Positions 20,347 to 29,720 of a stretch of DNA of 41,334 nucleotides are shown in pieces. Location: NCBI GenBank assembly GCA_022798795.1, contig JAAWNF010000004.1, positions 1 through 41,334 of the forward strand. The letters run 5' to 3'. Origin of the DNA: Bacilli bacterium. Lineage in GTDB: Bacteria; Bacillota_I; Bacilli_A; RF39; UBA660. How positions within the stretch are numbered: position 1 is the first letter of the stretch; the number at the start of each line of letters is the position of its first letter. The notes below the pieces were generated by a model that did no database searches, was not told where the DNA came from, and worked only from the letters and a program-made list of their open reading frames with translations. Both the position numbers and the translations under genes were made by a program.

Positions 20347-21699
20347 ATGGAAGATACAATAGCAGCAATATCAACATCATTAGGAGTAGGTGCAATCTCT
20401 ATTATTAGAGTCAGTGGAAAAGAATCTATTCCTATTGTAAACAAAATTTTTAAAGGAAAAGATTTAAACCAAGTTCCAAGTCATACCATTCAATATGGAC
20501 ATATTGTGGATGGTTTAGAAGTGATTGATGAAGTATTGATTTCAGTTATGAAAGCGCCAAAAACATTTACGGTAGAAGATGTAGTAGAAATTAATGCACA
20601 TGGTGGAATTGCTACAACACATCGCATTTTAGAGTTACTTTTAAAAAATGGTTGTCGTCCTGCATCTCCTGGAGAATTCACAAAACGTGCTTTTTTAAAT
20701 GGTCGTATAGATTTAATAGAAGCAGAATCTGTTATGGATTTGATATCTGCCAAAACAGAAACAACAAGAAAGATGGCTTTGTCTGGAGTAGACGGCAAAG
20801 TATCAGCTCTCATACATTCTCTTCGGAATAAAATCATTTCCTTATTAGCAAATATTGAAGTAAATATTGATTATCCAGAATATGAGGATATTGCAGAAAT
20901 GACAGTGGAAGAGTTAAAAAAGAGTATGACATCTATAGAAGTAGAATTAAAAGAAATTTTAAAAAATAGCAAAGAAGGAAAAATGATAAAAGAAGGAATA
21001 AAAACTTCGATTATTGGTAGACCAAATGTAGGAAAAAGTAGTATATTGAATCGATTATTAAATGAAGAAAAGGCAATTGTTACAGATATAGAGGGAACAA
21101 CAAGAGATGTAGTAGAGGGAAATATCATTATAGATGGTGTTATGCTTCATATTTTAGATACAGCTGGAATTAGGCAAACAGAAAATGTAGTAGAGCAAAT
21201 TGGAGTGAAAAAAAGTTTAGAATTATTAGAAGAATCGGAACTGGTACTTGTTGTATTAAACTATAATGAAGCTTTAACAGAACAAGATACACAAATCTTA
21301 GAACAAGCGAAGAATAAAAATCATATTGTAATTGTCAATAAAAAAGATTTAGAAAGAAATTTGGATATTGAAGCATTAGAACAGCAATATATTGAAGTGA
21401 GTGCTTTAAATGATGATGGTATTGATAAAATTAAAAACAGAATCCGAGAATTGTTTCATTTAGAGCAATTTGAAAATAGGGATATGACATATCTTACCAA
21501 TGCAAGAAGTATTGCGCTTGTAGAAAAAGCTTTGGACAGTTTAGAAGAGGTAAAAAAAGGAATAGAACAGAATTTGCCAATTGATATGATAGAAATTGAT
21601 TTGAAAAATGTATGGAATATATTAGGCGAAATTACTGGAGAAACTTACCAAGATGAGCTGATAGACCAATTATTTAGCCAATTTTGTTTAGGAAAATAA
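20347..21699 (+). CDS. mnmE: tRNA modification GTPase MnmE
   Basis: Motifs DTIAAIST, GRPNVGKSS, DTAGIR and NKKD; C-terminal FCLGK. Confidence 0.99.
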   Translation: MEDTIAAISTSLGVGAISIIRVSGKESIPIVNKIFKGKDLNQVPSHTIQYGHIVDGLEVIDEVLISVMKAPKTFTVEDVVEINAHGGIATTHRILELLLKNGCRPASPGEFTKRAFLNGRIDLIEAESVMDLISAKTETTRKMALSGVDGKVSALIHSLRNKIISLLANIEVNIDYPEYEDIAEMTVEELKKSMTSIEVELKEILKNSKEGKMIKEGIKTSIIGRPNVGKSSILNRLLNEEKAIVTDIEGTTRDVVEGNIIIDGVMLHILDTAGIRQTENVVEQIGVKKSLELLEESELVLVVLNYNEALTEQDTQILEQAKNKNHIVIVNKKDLERNLDIEALEQQYIEVSALNDDGIDKIKNRIRELFHLEQFENRDMTYLTNARSIALVEKALDSLEEVKKGIEQNLPIDMIEIDLKNVWNILGEITGETYQDELIDQLFSQFCLGK

Positions 21700-21756
21700 T
21701 ATATAAGAAAAATCTTATATATTTTATTGTGCAATAAAAAAAATGATAGTATAATA
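21696..21756 (+). promoter_or_regulatory. AT-rich hairpin after mnmE plus internal promoter for mnmG
   Basis: AATATATAAGA-aaaa-TCTTATATATT; TTGTGC-18nt-TATAAT (21751-21756). Confidence 0.55.
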
Positions 21757-21781
21757 AAACGCGAGTAGAGGAGGTGTTCTG

Positions 21782-23656
21782 ATGGAATATGAAGTAATTG
21801 TAGTAGGTGGAGGACATGCTGGTTGTGAAGCAAGTCTTGCTGCTTCTAGAAAAGGACACAAGACAATATTAATAACGGGAAATATTAAAAATATTGCAGA
21901 TATGCCTTGTAATCCTTCCATTGGAGGAAGCGCCAAAGGAATTGTGGTTAGAGAAATTGATGCATTAGGCGGAGAAATGGGGAAAAATGCAGACAAAGGG
22001 CAACTTCAGATGAAAATGCTAAATCATAAGAAAGGCCCAGCGGTGCAAGCTTTGCGTGCTCAAGCAGATAAAATCACATATCCAAAAGAAATGTTAAAAA
22101 CGTTAAATAAGGAAAATAATTTGACTATTTTGGAAGCATTGGTTGAAGATTTAATTGAAGAAAATCATAAAATTAAAGGTGTCATTTTAGAAAATGGAGA
22201 GCAGATATTTGGGAAGACTGTTATTTTAACAACAGGAACTTATTTAAAAGCAGATATAATGGTAGGAGATACAAGACACAGAGAAGGACCACATGGGGAA
22301 AGACCTAGTCAACATTTGAGTGATAACTTAAAAAAATTAGGATTTCAAATAATTCGTTTAAAGACAGGAACTCCACAGCGAATCGATAAAAAAACAATAG
22401 ATTTTTCAAAAACGAAGGAAGAATATGGAAGTGACCAAAAATATACTTTTAGTTTTGATAACGAGCCAAATTATAGTTTAGAAGAACAAATTCCATGTCA
22501 TTTAATCTATACAACCCCAGAAACACACCAAATTATAAGAGATAATTTAAATAAATCAAGCATGTATGGCGGATTAAATGATATTACTGGAGTAGGTCCT
22601 AGATATTGTCCTTCTATTGAAGATAAAATTGTAAGATTTAGTGACAAAGAAAGACATCAATTATTTTTGGAACCAGAAAGTTTATATTATGATGATATTT
22701 ATATTCAAGGGTTTTCAACCTCAATGCCTCATGATATTCAGGAAAAGATGGTTCATAGTTTGCCAGGGCTAGAAAATGCTAAAATATTGAAATATGCTTA
22801 TGCAATTGAATATGATGCAATTTATCCAACCCAACTGAAGCTTTCTTTAGAAACAAAGTTAATAGAAAACTTATTTACAGCAGGACAAATAAATGGTACT
22901 AGTGGTTATGAGGAAGCCGCTTGTCAAGGATTAATCGCTGGAATTAATGCATCTCTTAAATTAGAAGGAAAAGAACCATTAATTTTAAGAAGAAATGAAG
23001 CTTATATAGGAGTATTGATAGATGATTTGGTAACAAAGGGAGTTATAGACCCATATCGTTTGTTGACATCCAGAGCAGAGTATCGTTTATTATTAAGACA
23101 TGATAATGCAGACTTACGATTGCGAGAATATGGATATCAAGTAGGATTAATCAATGAACAACAAAATCAAAAGTTACAACATAAAAAAGAAGAAATGAAA
23201 AAAGCGATAGAGTATTTGAAAAATCATAAAATGGTTCCAGCTGAGGATACAAATTGTTTTTTAGAAGAAATTGGTTCTTCTATATTAAAAGATGGAATTA
23301 CTTTATATGATTTATTAAAAAGACCAGAGATAAAGATAGAACATTTAGAGAACTTTTATGAATTATCTTTTGATAAAGATGTCTTGGAACAGGTTGAAAT
23401 TGAAATAAAATATGAAGGATATATAAAAAAGGCTCTTCATGAAGCAGAAAAAATGATAGATTTAGATAATAAAAAAATACCAGATGATATTGATTATGGT
23501 AGAATTCATAACTTGGCAAGTGAAGCTAAGCAAAAATTAAATGAAATAAGACCAACTTCAATTGGGCAAGCTCTTAGGATTAGTGGAGTGAATCCAGCCG
23601 ATATTTCTCTTCTAATGGTCTATATAAAAAAGGAGTATCATTATGACAGAGGATAG
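21782..23656 (+). CDS. mnmG: tRNA modification enzyme MnmG (GidA)
   Basis: Motifs VVGGGHAGCEA, CNPSIGG, GPRYCPSIEDK and GQINGTSGYEEAA. Confidence 0.99.
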   Translation: MEYEVIVVGGGHAGCEASLAASRKGHKTILITGNIKNIADMPCNPSIGGSAKGIVVREIDALGGEMGKNADKGQLQMKMLNHKKGPAVQALRAQADKITYPKEMLKTLNKENNLTILEALVEDLIEENHKIKGVILENGEQIFGKTVILTTGTYLKADIMVGDTRHREGPHGERPSQHLSDNLKKLGFQIIRLKTGTPQRIDKKTIDFSKTKEEYGSDQKYTFSFDNEPNYSLEEQIPCHLIYTTPETHQIIRDNLNKSSMYGGLNDITGVGPRYCPSIEDKIVRFSDKERHQLFLEPESLYYDDIYIQGFSTSMPHDIQEKMVHSLPGLENAKILKYAYAIEYDAIYPTQLKLSLETKLIENLFTAGQINGTSGYEEAACQGLIAGINASLKLEGKEPLILRRNEAYIGVLIDDLVTKGVIDPYRLLTSRAEYRLLLRHDNADLRLREYGYQVGLINEQQNQKLQHKKEEMKKAIEYLKNHKMVPAEDTNCFLEEIGSSILKDGITLYDLLKRPEIKIEHLENFYELSFDKDVLEQVEIEIKYEGYIKKALHEAEKMIDLDNKKIPDDIDYGRIHNLASEAKQKLNEIRPTSIGQALRISGVNPADISLLMVYIKKEYHYDRG

Positions 23657-24347
23657 ATTTGAAAAAGAACTTGAATTACTGGGAGTATTATTGTCAGAGA
23701 CTCAAAAAAATCAATTAGAAACTTATTATAAGTTATTGGTTGAATGGAATGAAAAAATGAATTTAACTGGAATTACAGAAAAAGGACAAGTATATTTAAA
23801 ACATTTTTATGATAGTGCAACTTTGGTAAAAGTGATAGATTTAAAAGAAGAGAAAACTTTATGTGATATAGGAACAGGAGCAGGATTTCCAGGTTTGGTA
23901 TTAAAAATTTTATTTCCTCATTTGGAAGTCACTTTGGTAGATGCATTAAATAAAAGAATTGTTTTTTTAGAAAATGTGATAGAAACATTGAAATTAGAAA
24001 ATATTAAAACAGTCCATGCAAGAGCAGAAGAGTACGCACGAGAACATAGAGAAAAATTTGATGTGGTTACATCTAGAGCTGTAGCCGCTCTTCCAATGTT
24101 ATTAGAATACTCTGTTCCGCTAGTGAAAATAGGAAAATATTTTATCCCAATGAAAGGCGATATTGCCCAGGAAATAAAGGGCTCAGAGCATTCTATTAAA
24201 CTTTTGAATGTCAATTTAGAGTGTCAAGAAAAATTTTCACTTCCACTCGAAAATAGTACTAGAACAATATTAAAATTTCGAAAAGAGAGAAGTTCACATG
24301 TAAAGTATCCAAGAAAATTTAGTGAGATGAAGAAGAATCCATTGTAA
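23643..24347 (+). CDS. rsmG: 16S rRNA G527 methyltransferase RsmG (GidB)
   Basis: Motifs WNEKMNLT, KHFYDS, DIGTGAGFPG and SRAVA. Confidence 0.98.
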   Translation: MTEDRFEKELELLGVLLSETQKNQLETYYKLLVEWNEKMNLTGITEKGQVYLKHFYDSATLVKVIDLKEEKTLCDIGTGAGFPGLVLKILFPHLEVTLVDALNKRIVFLENVIETLKLENIKTVHARAEEYAREHREKFDVVTSRAVAALPMLLEYSVPLVKIGKYFIPMKGDIAQEIKGSEHSIKLLNVNLECQEKFSLPLENSTRTILKFRKERSSHVKYPRKFSEMKKNPL

Positions 24348-24389
24348 AAAGAATATCAAAAAAATATCAAAAAAAGATATTTTTTTATT

Positions 24390-24432
24390 TTTGGGAAATG
24401 ATATTGAAATATTTCCCAAAGTATAGTATTAT
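24390..24432 (+). promoter_or_regulatory. noc promoter straddled by a perfect 10-bp inverted repeat
   Basis: TTTGGGAAAT (24390-24399)-11nt-ATTTCCCAAA (24411-24420); -35 TTGAAA 24404-24409, 17 nt, -10 TATTAT 24427-24432. Confidence 0.7.
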
Positions 24433-24460
24433 AGTATATAGAATAAAAAGGAGGATGACT

Positions 24461-25975
24461 ATGGATAATAGAAAAATTGTCGAGCTAGACTTAAATGATA
24501 TATTGCCAAATAGATTTCAGCCAAGAATTAAGTTTAATGAAGATTCTATTACAGAACTAGCTGAGTCAATTAAAGAACATGGTGTCATTCAACCTATTGT
24601 TGTAAGACCTTTAGGGGATAGATATGAAATTATAGCTGGAGAAAGACGTTATAAAGCAAGTGTATTAGCTGGAAAAGAAACAATTCCAGCAATTGTAACT
24701 GAGTTAAATGATAAAGATAGTGCAGAAGTAGCGCTTATAGAGAATGTACAACGTCAAGATTTAACTCCAATAGAAGAAGCAATTTCATATAATAAAATTC
24801 TTGATATGGGATATTTAACACAGGAAGAATTGGCATTTAAATTAGGAAAAACTCAATCAACAATTGCAAATAAATTACGGTTATTAAAACTAGATGATGA
24901 AGTTCAAGAAGCTTTATTAGAATCCAAGATTTCAGAAAGACATGCAAGGTCTTTATTGAAATTGACAGATAAGAGTAAACAAAAGCAAATGTTAGCAAAA
25001 ATAATAAATGAAAGATTAACTGTAAGAAAAACAGATGAGGAGATAAGTAAAATGATGAATGAAAATGATAATAGAAATATAGAGATAATTGATTTCGGAA
25101 ATCAAAATAATAATACAGTACCTATGAATCAAGGTATGAATTATAATATTCCAACAACACCAATTGTAGAAGATGTGGTACCAACTATGCCACAAACACC
25201 AGTACAGGAAGCACCAGTTATAAATCCAGGCTTTATGAATGTAGAACAAATAGAAAAGACTGCACAAGATATTAATGTAGTTCCACCAGTAGCGAATATG
25301 GATGCATTATTAACTCCAGCTGATATGCTAAATACAGTACCAACTCCATCAACTAATGTTAATTTGGAAAATCCATTTGGAGTATCAATGGAGACAACGG
25401 AAGCAGAAGATGGTTCAGCAGAAGCAATGTTAAAACCTGGTAAATTTTTTAACTTATCCGATTTGGAAAACCCTGTTATGGAACAAAAACAGCCTGTTGT
25501 AGAAACACCAGTTGAGCAAGCGAATCCAATTTTAACAAATCCAACAGTAGGAATTCAATCAACAATAGAATCAGTTCCTATGAATCCATCAATGGAACAA
25601 TCGTCTATAGAGAAACCGATAGAAGTTGTAAATAATTTTGTAACAAATTTTGATAATACTATGACTGAAAAACCAACTCCAATTATTCCTGCTAATCCAG
25701 AGCCACTTATTCAAACCCCAATAATGGAGCCAATGAGTAATCAAACAATTGCGGTTCCTAATTATAATGAATTAGAATCAACAATGTATGGTCCAGTAAG
25801 TCCAATAACTCCATCGGTTCCTGAAATGCCAGTAGGACAGAATAATATGAAACAAGTAATTGATATTATTAGAGAGTGTTCTTCTAAAATAGAAGCCTTG
25901 GGATTTGAGATAGAAACTGAAGAATATGATTTTGAAGATATGTATCAAGCAATCTTTAAGATAAATAAGAAATAG
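24461..25975 (+). CDS. noc: ParB-family protein of the Noc (nucleoid occlusion) type with a long low-complexity insertion
   Basis: ParB CTPase motifs PNRFQPR, GERRYKA and ENVQR; HTH LGKTQSTIANKLRLLKL...ISERHAR (Noc-type); Noc-like C-terminus IETEEYDFEDMYQAIFKI. Follows rsmG. ATG 24461 after AGGAGG. Confidence 0.85.
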   Translation: MDNRKIVELDLNDILPNRFQPRIKFNEDSITELAESIKEHGVIQPIVVRPLGDRYEIIAGERRYKASVLAGKETIPAIVTELNDKDSAEVALIENVQRQDLTPIEEAISYNKILDMGYLTQEELAFKLGKTQSTIANKLRLLKLDDEVQEALLESKISERHARSLLKLTDKSKQKQMLAKIINERLTVRKTDEEISKMMNENDNRNIEIIDFGNQNNNTVPMNQGMNYNIPTTPIVEDVVPTMPQTPVQEAPVINPGFMNVEQIEKTAQDINVVPPVANMDALLTPADMLNTVPTPSTNVNLENPFGVSMETTEAEDGSAEAMLKPGKFFNLSDLENPVMEQKQPVVETPVEQANPILTNPTVGIQSTIESVPMNPSMEQSSIEKPIEVVNNFVTNFDNTMTEKPTPIIPANPEPLIQTPIMEPMSNQTIAVPNYNELESTMYGPVSPITPSVPEMPVGQNNMKQVIDIIRECSSKIEALGFEIETEEYDFEDMYQAIFKINKK

Positions 25976-25995
25976 CACTTAAATAGTGCTTTTTT
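25974..25995 (+). terminator. Terminator after noc
   Basis: AGCACT-taaat-AGTGCT-TTTTT. Confidence 0.75.
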
Positions 25996-26048
25996 CTATC
26001 ATTTTTAATGAAATTAAGATATAATATCCATAGTTAGGGGGATATTAA

Positions 26049-29000
26049 ATGTTAACATATGAACAATTTATGAATCTTGTTCCAAAAGAAACAGCTACTT
26101 TTGTATCAAAAGTATTACCTTATTTGGATGGATATTTGAGAGACGATGTAAAACTTCGATTTAAAGGTGATTATCAATCTGACCATAAAGATAGTAAAAC
26201 TAATTATTTACTACTATATTGTCTTTCAGACAGAAAAGAATATGCTACTTTTTTAAAAAGGTATGGATTTGATATAGAAAAATATAAAATAAACACAGAT
26301 TGGGTAAATTTAAATGTAAATAGTGAATTACTTTTCGAAAAATTTAGCCAAGTTTTTAATATTTATGATGACCAAACATTATATGCTAGTTTGACACCAT
26401 TGGATATTGTACAGAAAGCATTCAAACAATGTATTTCAAATTGTGGAAGTTACATTTTTGACTATTTATTTCCACATATAAGTTTAAATACTTTTTTAGA
26501 AGAATTAGAAAAATTAAGGCAAGCTGAAAAGATAGAAAATGAGCATCAACTGGAACAAGAAACCTATGGAGAACTTTCAATTTCTGTTATTTCTTATTTA
26601 GAGACTGCTTCAAAAATAAGAACGTTATTATATTCTATTTTGAGAAAGGATCATGAATTAATAAAATTAAATGATGAGGATATTGTACCGATATCATTAT
26701 TATTGGCTTTATATTATTATAAAGATATGCCTTTAAGAGAGGAAGAAATACCAGAGCAGAAACTTCTTCAAACTATGTTACAGGAAAAAGGTGTAAATTT
26801 AGATAAAATTACAAATGCAATTGGACAAAGTTTTTATGTAAATACAGTAAGAGATACAATAAAAAATGTAGATGCAATTAGATTACTATATTCAAAATAT
26901 TATTATAGTGGAGTGAATGAGAAAGTAGAAGAGGCGGAAATTACAGTATCAAAGATATTCAGTAACTTATTTGATCGTAATTTTACAAATAGTTATGCAA
27001 TAGAAAAATTATTTGCAAAATTAAATTGTTATGTAGGTGTTTTTTTGCCATTGGAAGAAAAAGTAGAAAAATTAAGGGATTCAGAAGAGCGAATAAATTC
27101 TTTATCTTATGTGAAAAATTTTTATGCAGAGCTTTCAAAAGAATCTAGAGATTTTATCGAGTTTACGACAAAGACTTATTTATTATTGTTAGAAAAAATG
27201 AAAGAAAAGACACATAATGAAGAAATATTGGTAGATGAAGATGATGCTGATACATTAGCTTTGTTTATTGCATCTTATTATTATAAATTAGATGTTAGTG
27301 AGTTCTTTGAGGACTATGGTATATCTTTAGAGAGCGTTTTAGAACTTTTAAATTTAAAAATAGCGAAAGAAGAAATAGACGCAATGAAACTAAATCAAAA
27401 AGTTTTGGTTGACCGTTATAAGAGATTCGTATATGAAGGAGTAAACAGAAATAAGTCGGCTAAAACTATACGTATTACTGATATTGCACATAACCTTTGT
27501 AATAGAGAGTTTAATCGTAGTATGATTATGGAGAATATTTTCTTTGAGCTGGCGAAATCTACCGATTTACAAAGTGACTTTTTAGAGCAATTAAGAATAC
27601 ATTTAGAAAAAAAAGAACAAAAAAGAAAGATGGATTTGACACAACGCTTATTTAAAGATATGCCAGTAAGTACTATGGAATATTTAGAAAACGCATCAAT
27701 TATACATCAATTTCTTCTTGGACATATAAAACAATATAGTGAAATGGATATACAAGTTTTATCTCTTTTACTTTCTGCAATTATTTCTACAAAATCAGAT
27801 ATTGCTAACTTTCTAAATTCAAAAAATTTAACGTTGAATGGTGTTTGTAACTTTTTAAGTGTATCACCAAACTATTTAATGAAAGGAACTATTAATATTG
27901 ATATTTTAGCAGAGCAATATGGAATGTTTATTTTCGGAGGTTGTAACAAAGACTTAGGAAGAAAAGATATAACTATATTTAATATAATAAGAAATATTTT
28001 TTCAAAAGATGTTTATAATAGTGTTTTAATTAGTAAATTTCTAGGAAATTTTGGATTATCTTATGAAGACTTTGAAAATCTGGAAGAGAAATTTGCGACT
28101 TATTTAGAGGAAACAGAAGAAGACAAAAAGATAGAAGAAGCAAAAGGAATATTAAATAGTTTTAGAGAAAAAGCAAAACAATATATCATAAATGTTATGC
28201 GTATTCATCAAAGATTGGTGAGAGTTGCCTATCAAGATGAATCAGTAGCACGTTTGATTCCAAATATAACAGATGTAAGAGAACTATCGCTTTTATTAGG
28301 AATGTTTACAATTGAAAATGATGTTCAATATTTTTTCGAAAAGAATAAGGTTACACTTGAACATATATGTTCATTAATTGGATTGGATACAGATATCATA
28401 AAAGGATTAGAAGGAGAAGAAATTAATTACAAATTGATTTTAGAAACTTATAGGCCTTGGATTCAATATGGAAGTTCAAACTATAATAGAACGGTATCAG
28501 ATTTGATTTCTAGGATTTTTGATAAGTCAATTGGAAAGGAGAGCTTAATTCTTGAAGAAATTGTATCTTTTGTTGGTTCTAACTATGATATTTTAAAAGA
28601 AGAGGTAGAATCTAAGAAAGACCATGAAGTCTCATTATCAATAGATGATAGAATTAAACTATTGTCTGAGGAAAGTATTGATGTATTAGATTTGACAGAT
28701 GTAAAAAGTATTTTGCATTTTGGAAATTCATTATCTATTCACTCAAAGTATATTCATGATGAATTGCCAAGACTAATGATGAGTGATGCTCATGATAAAT
28801 CAGTAGAAGCAATTCGTCATATTGTAGATAAAATATATACAGGAGTGCCAGTAGAAAAAAAAAAACGTTCCTTGTTTGAACGTATATTTGGTGTTATGGT
28901 AGAAGAAGAACCCAAGTTAGTATTAAACCCAGATGCAATTCAGGAACTGAAAGAGGCAATAGATTCTAATATAGAATCATTGTCAAAAGAATTATTAGGT

Positions 29001-29672
29001 TATGATGCAATTCGTAGGTATATTGAAGCATATCGTAAAAAAAATCGTTCTCATTTACTTGTAGCAATATCTGAAACAGAAAAAGTAGAGGAAGAAGTGA
29101 AAGGACTAGCTCCAGATAAGGAAGAAGAGTATGCAGCCTTTTTATTAGCTACATCTAGATTACAGATTATGAGAGATAAGACAAATCGTTTTAGTACTTC
29201 GAATCATTTAATGAAACAGGAATTGTTGAAAGTAAATCAAGCAATAGTAAATCATTTTATTACAATAAATGCATTAGAAATGGCAAAAGATGATTTGCTT
29301 CCTTTAATAGGAGCTGAACTTGCTCTTACACAAGGAAGAAATACTGAGAATAAAAGCTTAGATTTATCTGAAAATGTAATAGGACTATTTCAATCATTAT
29401 TATCTAGAAATGTAGCAGGAGCAGTTGAAAATATGGAAAAGTTAAAACAATCTAGTTTATCTGCAGATACTTTTGCTTTATTGAATAGAGATATTGAAGT
29501 TTATTTAAAAGGCTTGAATCAAGTAGCTCAGTTAGAGGGAAAAGTAGAATCTTTAGATATTGACCAAGTTGTAATTACTTCTGATTATAAACCAAAATTA
29601 GTATTAACTGGACAAGAAGATTCTATTGACCAGAAGAATAAGCAAATGGTTTTGGAATATCCAAAAGAGTAA
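26049..29672 (+). CDS. 1207-aa protein: five ~170-185-aa Clp-N(Clp R)-like helical repeats plus a C-terminal TelA/KlaA (toxic anion resistance)-like domain
   Basis: Repeats start near aa 7, 173, 359, 535 and 702. The C-terminal region LDLTDVKSILHFG...KKKRSLFERIFG...LLPLIGAEL...LLSRN resembles TelA. RBS AGGGGG. The ORF itself is solid; the domain calls are by eye. Confidence 0.65.
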   Translation: MLTYEQFMNLVPKETATFVSKVLPYLDGYLRDDVKLRFKGDYQSDHKDSKTNYLLLYCLSDRKEYATFLKRYGFDIEKYKINTDWVNLNVNSELLFEKFSQVFNIYDDQTLYASLTPLDIVQKAFKQCISNCGSYIFDYLFPHISLNTFLEELEKLRQAEKIENEHQLEQETYGELSISVISYLETASKIRTLLYSILRKDHELIKLNDEDIVPISLLLALYYYKDMPLREEEIPEQKLLQTMLQEKGVNLDKITNAIGQSFYVNTVRDTIKNVDAIRLLYSKYYYSGVNEKVEEAEITVSKIFSNLFDRNFTNSYAIEKLFAKLNCYVGVFLPLEEKVEKLRDSEERINSLSYVKNFYAELSKESRDFIEFTTKTYLLLLEKMKEKTHNEEILVDEDDADTLALFIASYYYKLDVSEFFEDYGISLESVLELLNLKIAKEEIDAMKLNQKVLVDRYKRFVYEGVNRNKSAKTIRITDIAHNLCNREFNRSMIMENIFFELAKSTDLQSDFLEQLRIHLEKKEQKRKMDLTQRLFKDMPVSTMEYLENASIIHQFLLGHIKQYSEMDIQVLSLLLSAIISTKSDIANFLNSKNLTLNGVCNFLSVSPNYLMKGTINIDILAEQYGMFIFGGCNKDLGRKDITIFNIIRNIFSKDVYNSVLISKFLGNFGLSYEDFENLEEKFATYLEETEEDKKIEEAKGILNSFREKAKQYIINVMRIHQRLVRVAYQDESVARLIPNITDVRELSLLLGMFTIENDVQYFFEKNKVTLEHICSLIGLDTDIIKGLEGEEINYKLILETYRPWIQYGSSNYNRTVSDLISRIFDKSIGKESLILEEIVSFVGSNYDILKEEVESKKDHEVSLSIDDRIKLLSEESIDVLDLTDVKSILHFGNSLSIHSKYIHDELPRLMMSDAHDKSVEAIRHIVDKIYTGVPVEKKKRSLFERIFGVMVEEEPKLVLNPDAIQELKEAIDSNIESLSKELLGYDAIRRYIEAYRKKNRSHLLVAISETEKVEEEVKGLAPDKEEEYAAFLLATSRLQIMRDKTNRFSTSNHLMKQELLKVNQAIVNHFITINALEMAKDDLLPLIGAELALTQGRNTENKSLDLSENVIGLFQSLLSRNVAGAVENMEKLKQSSLSADTFALLNRDIEVYLKGLNQVAQLEGKVESLDIDQVVITSDYKPKLVLTGQEDSIDQKNKQMVLEYPKE

Positions 29673-29720
29673 CTTTCTACTCTTTTTTTGTGTTATAATA
29701 TAAGCTATAGGAGTAAGAAT

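Noticed and set aside
24398-24460. Upstream ATG extension of noc (MILKYFPKYSIIVYRIKRR) as a membrane helix
   Set aside because: It has no RBS and overlaps the predicted promoter, whereas ATG 24461 has a well-spaced AGGAGG.
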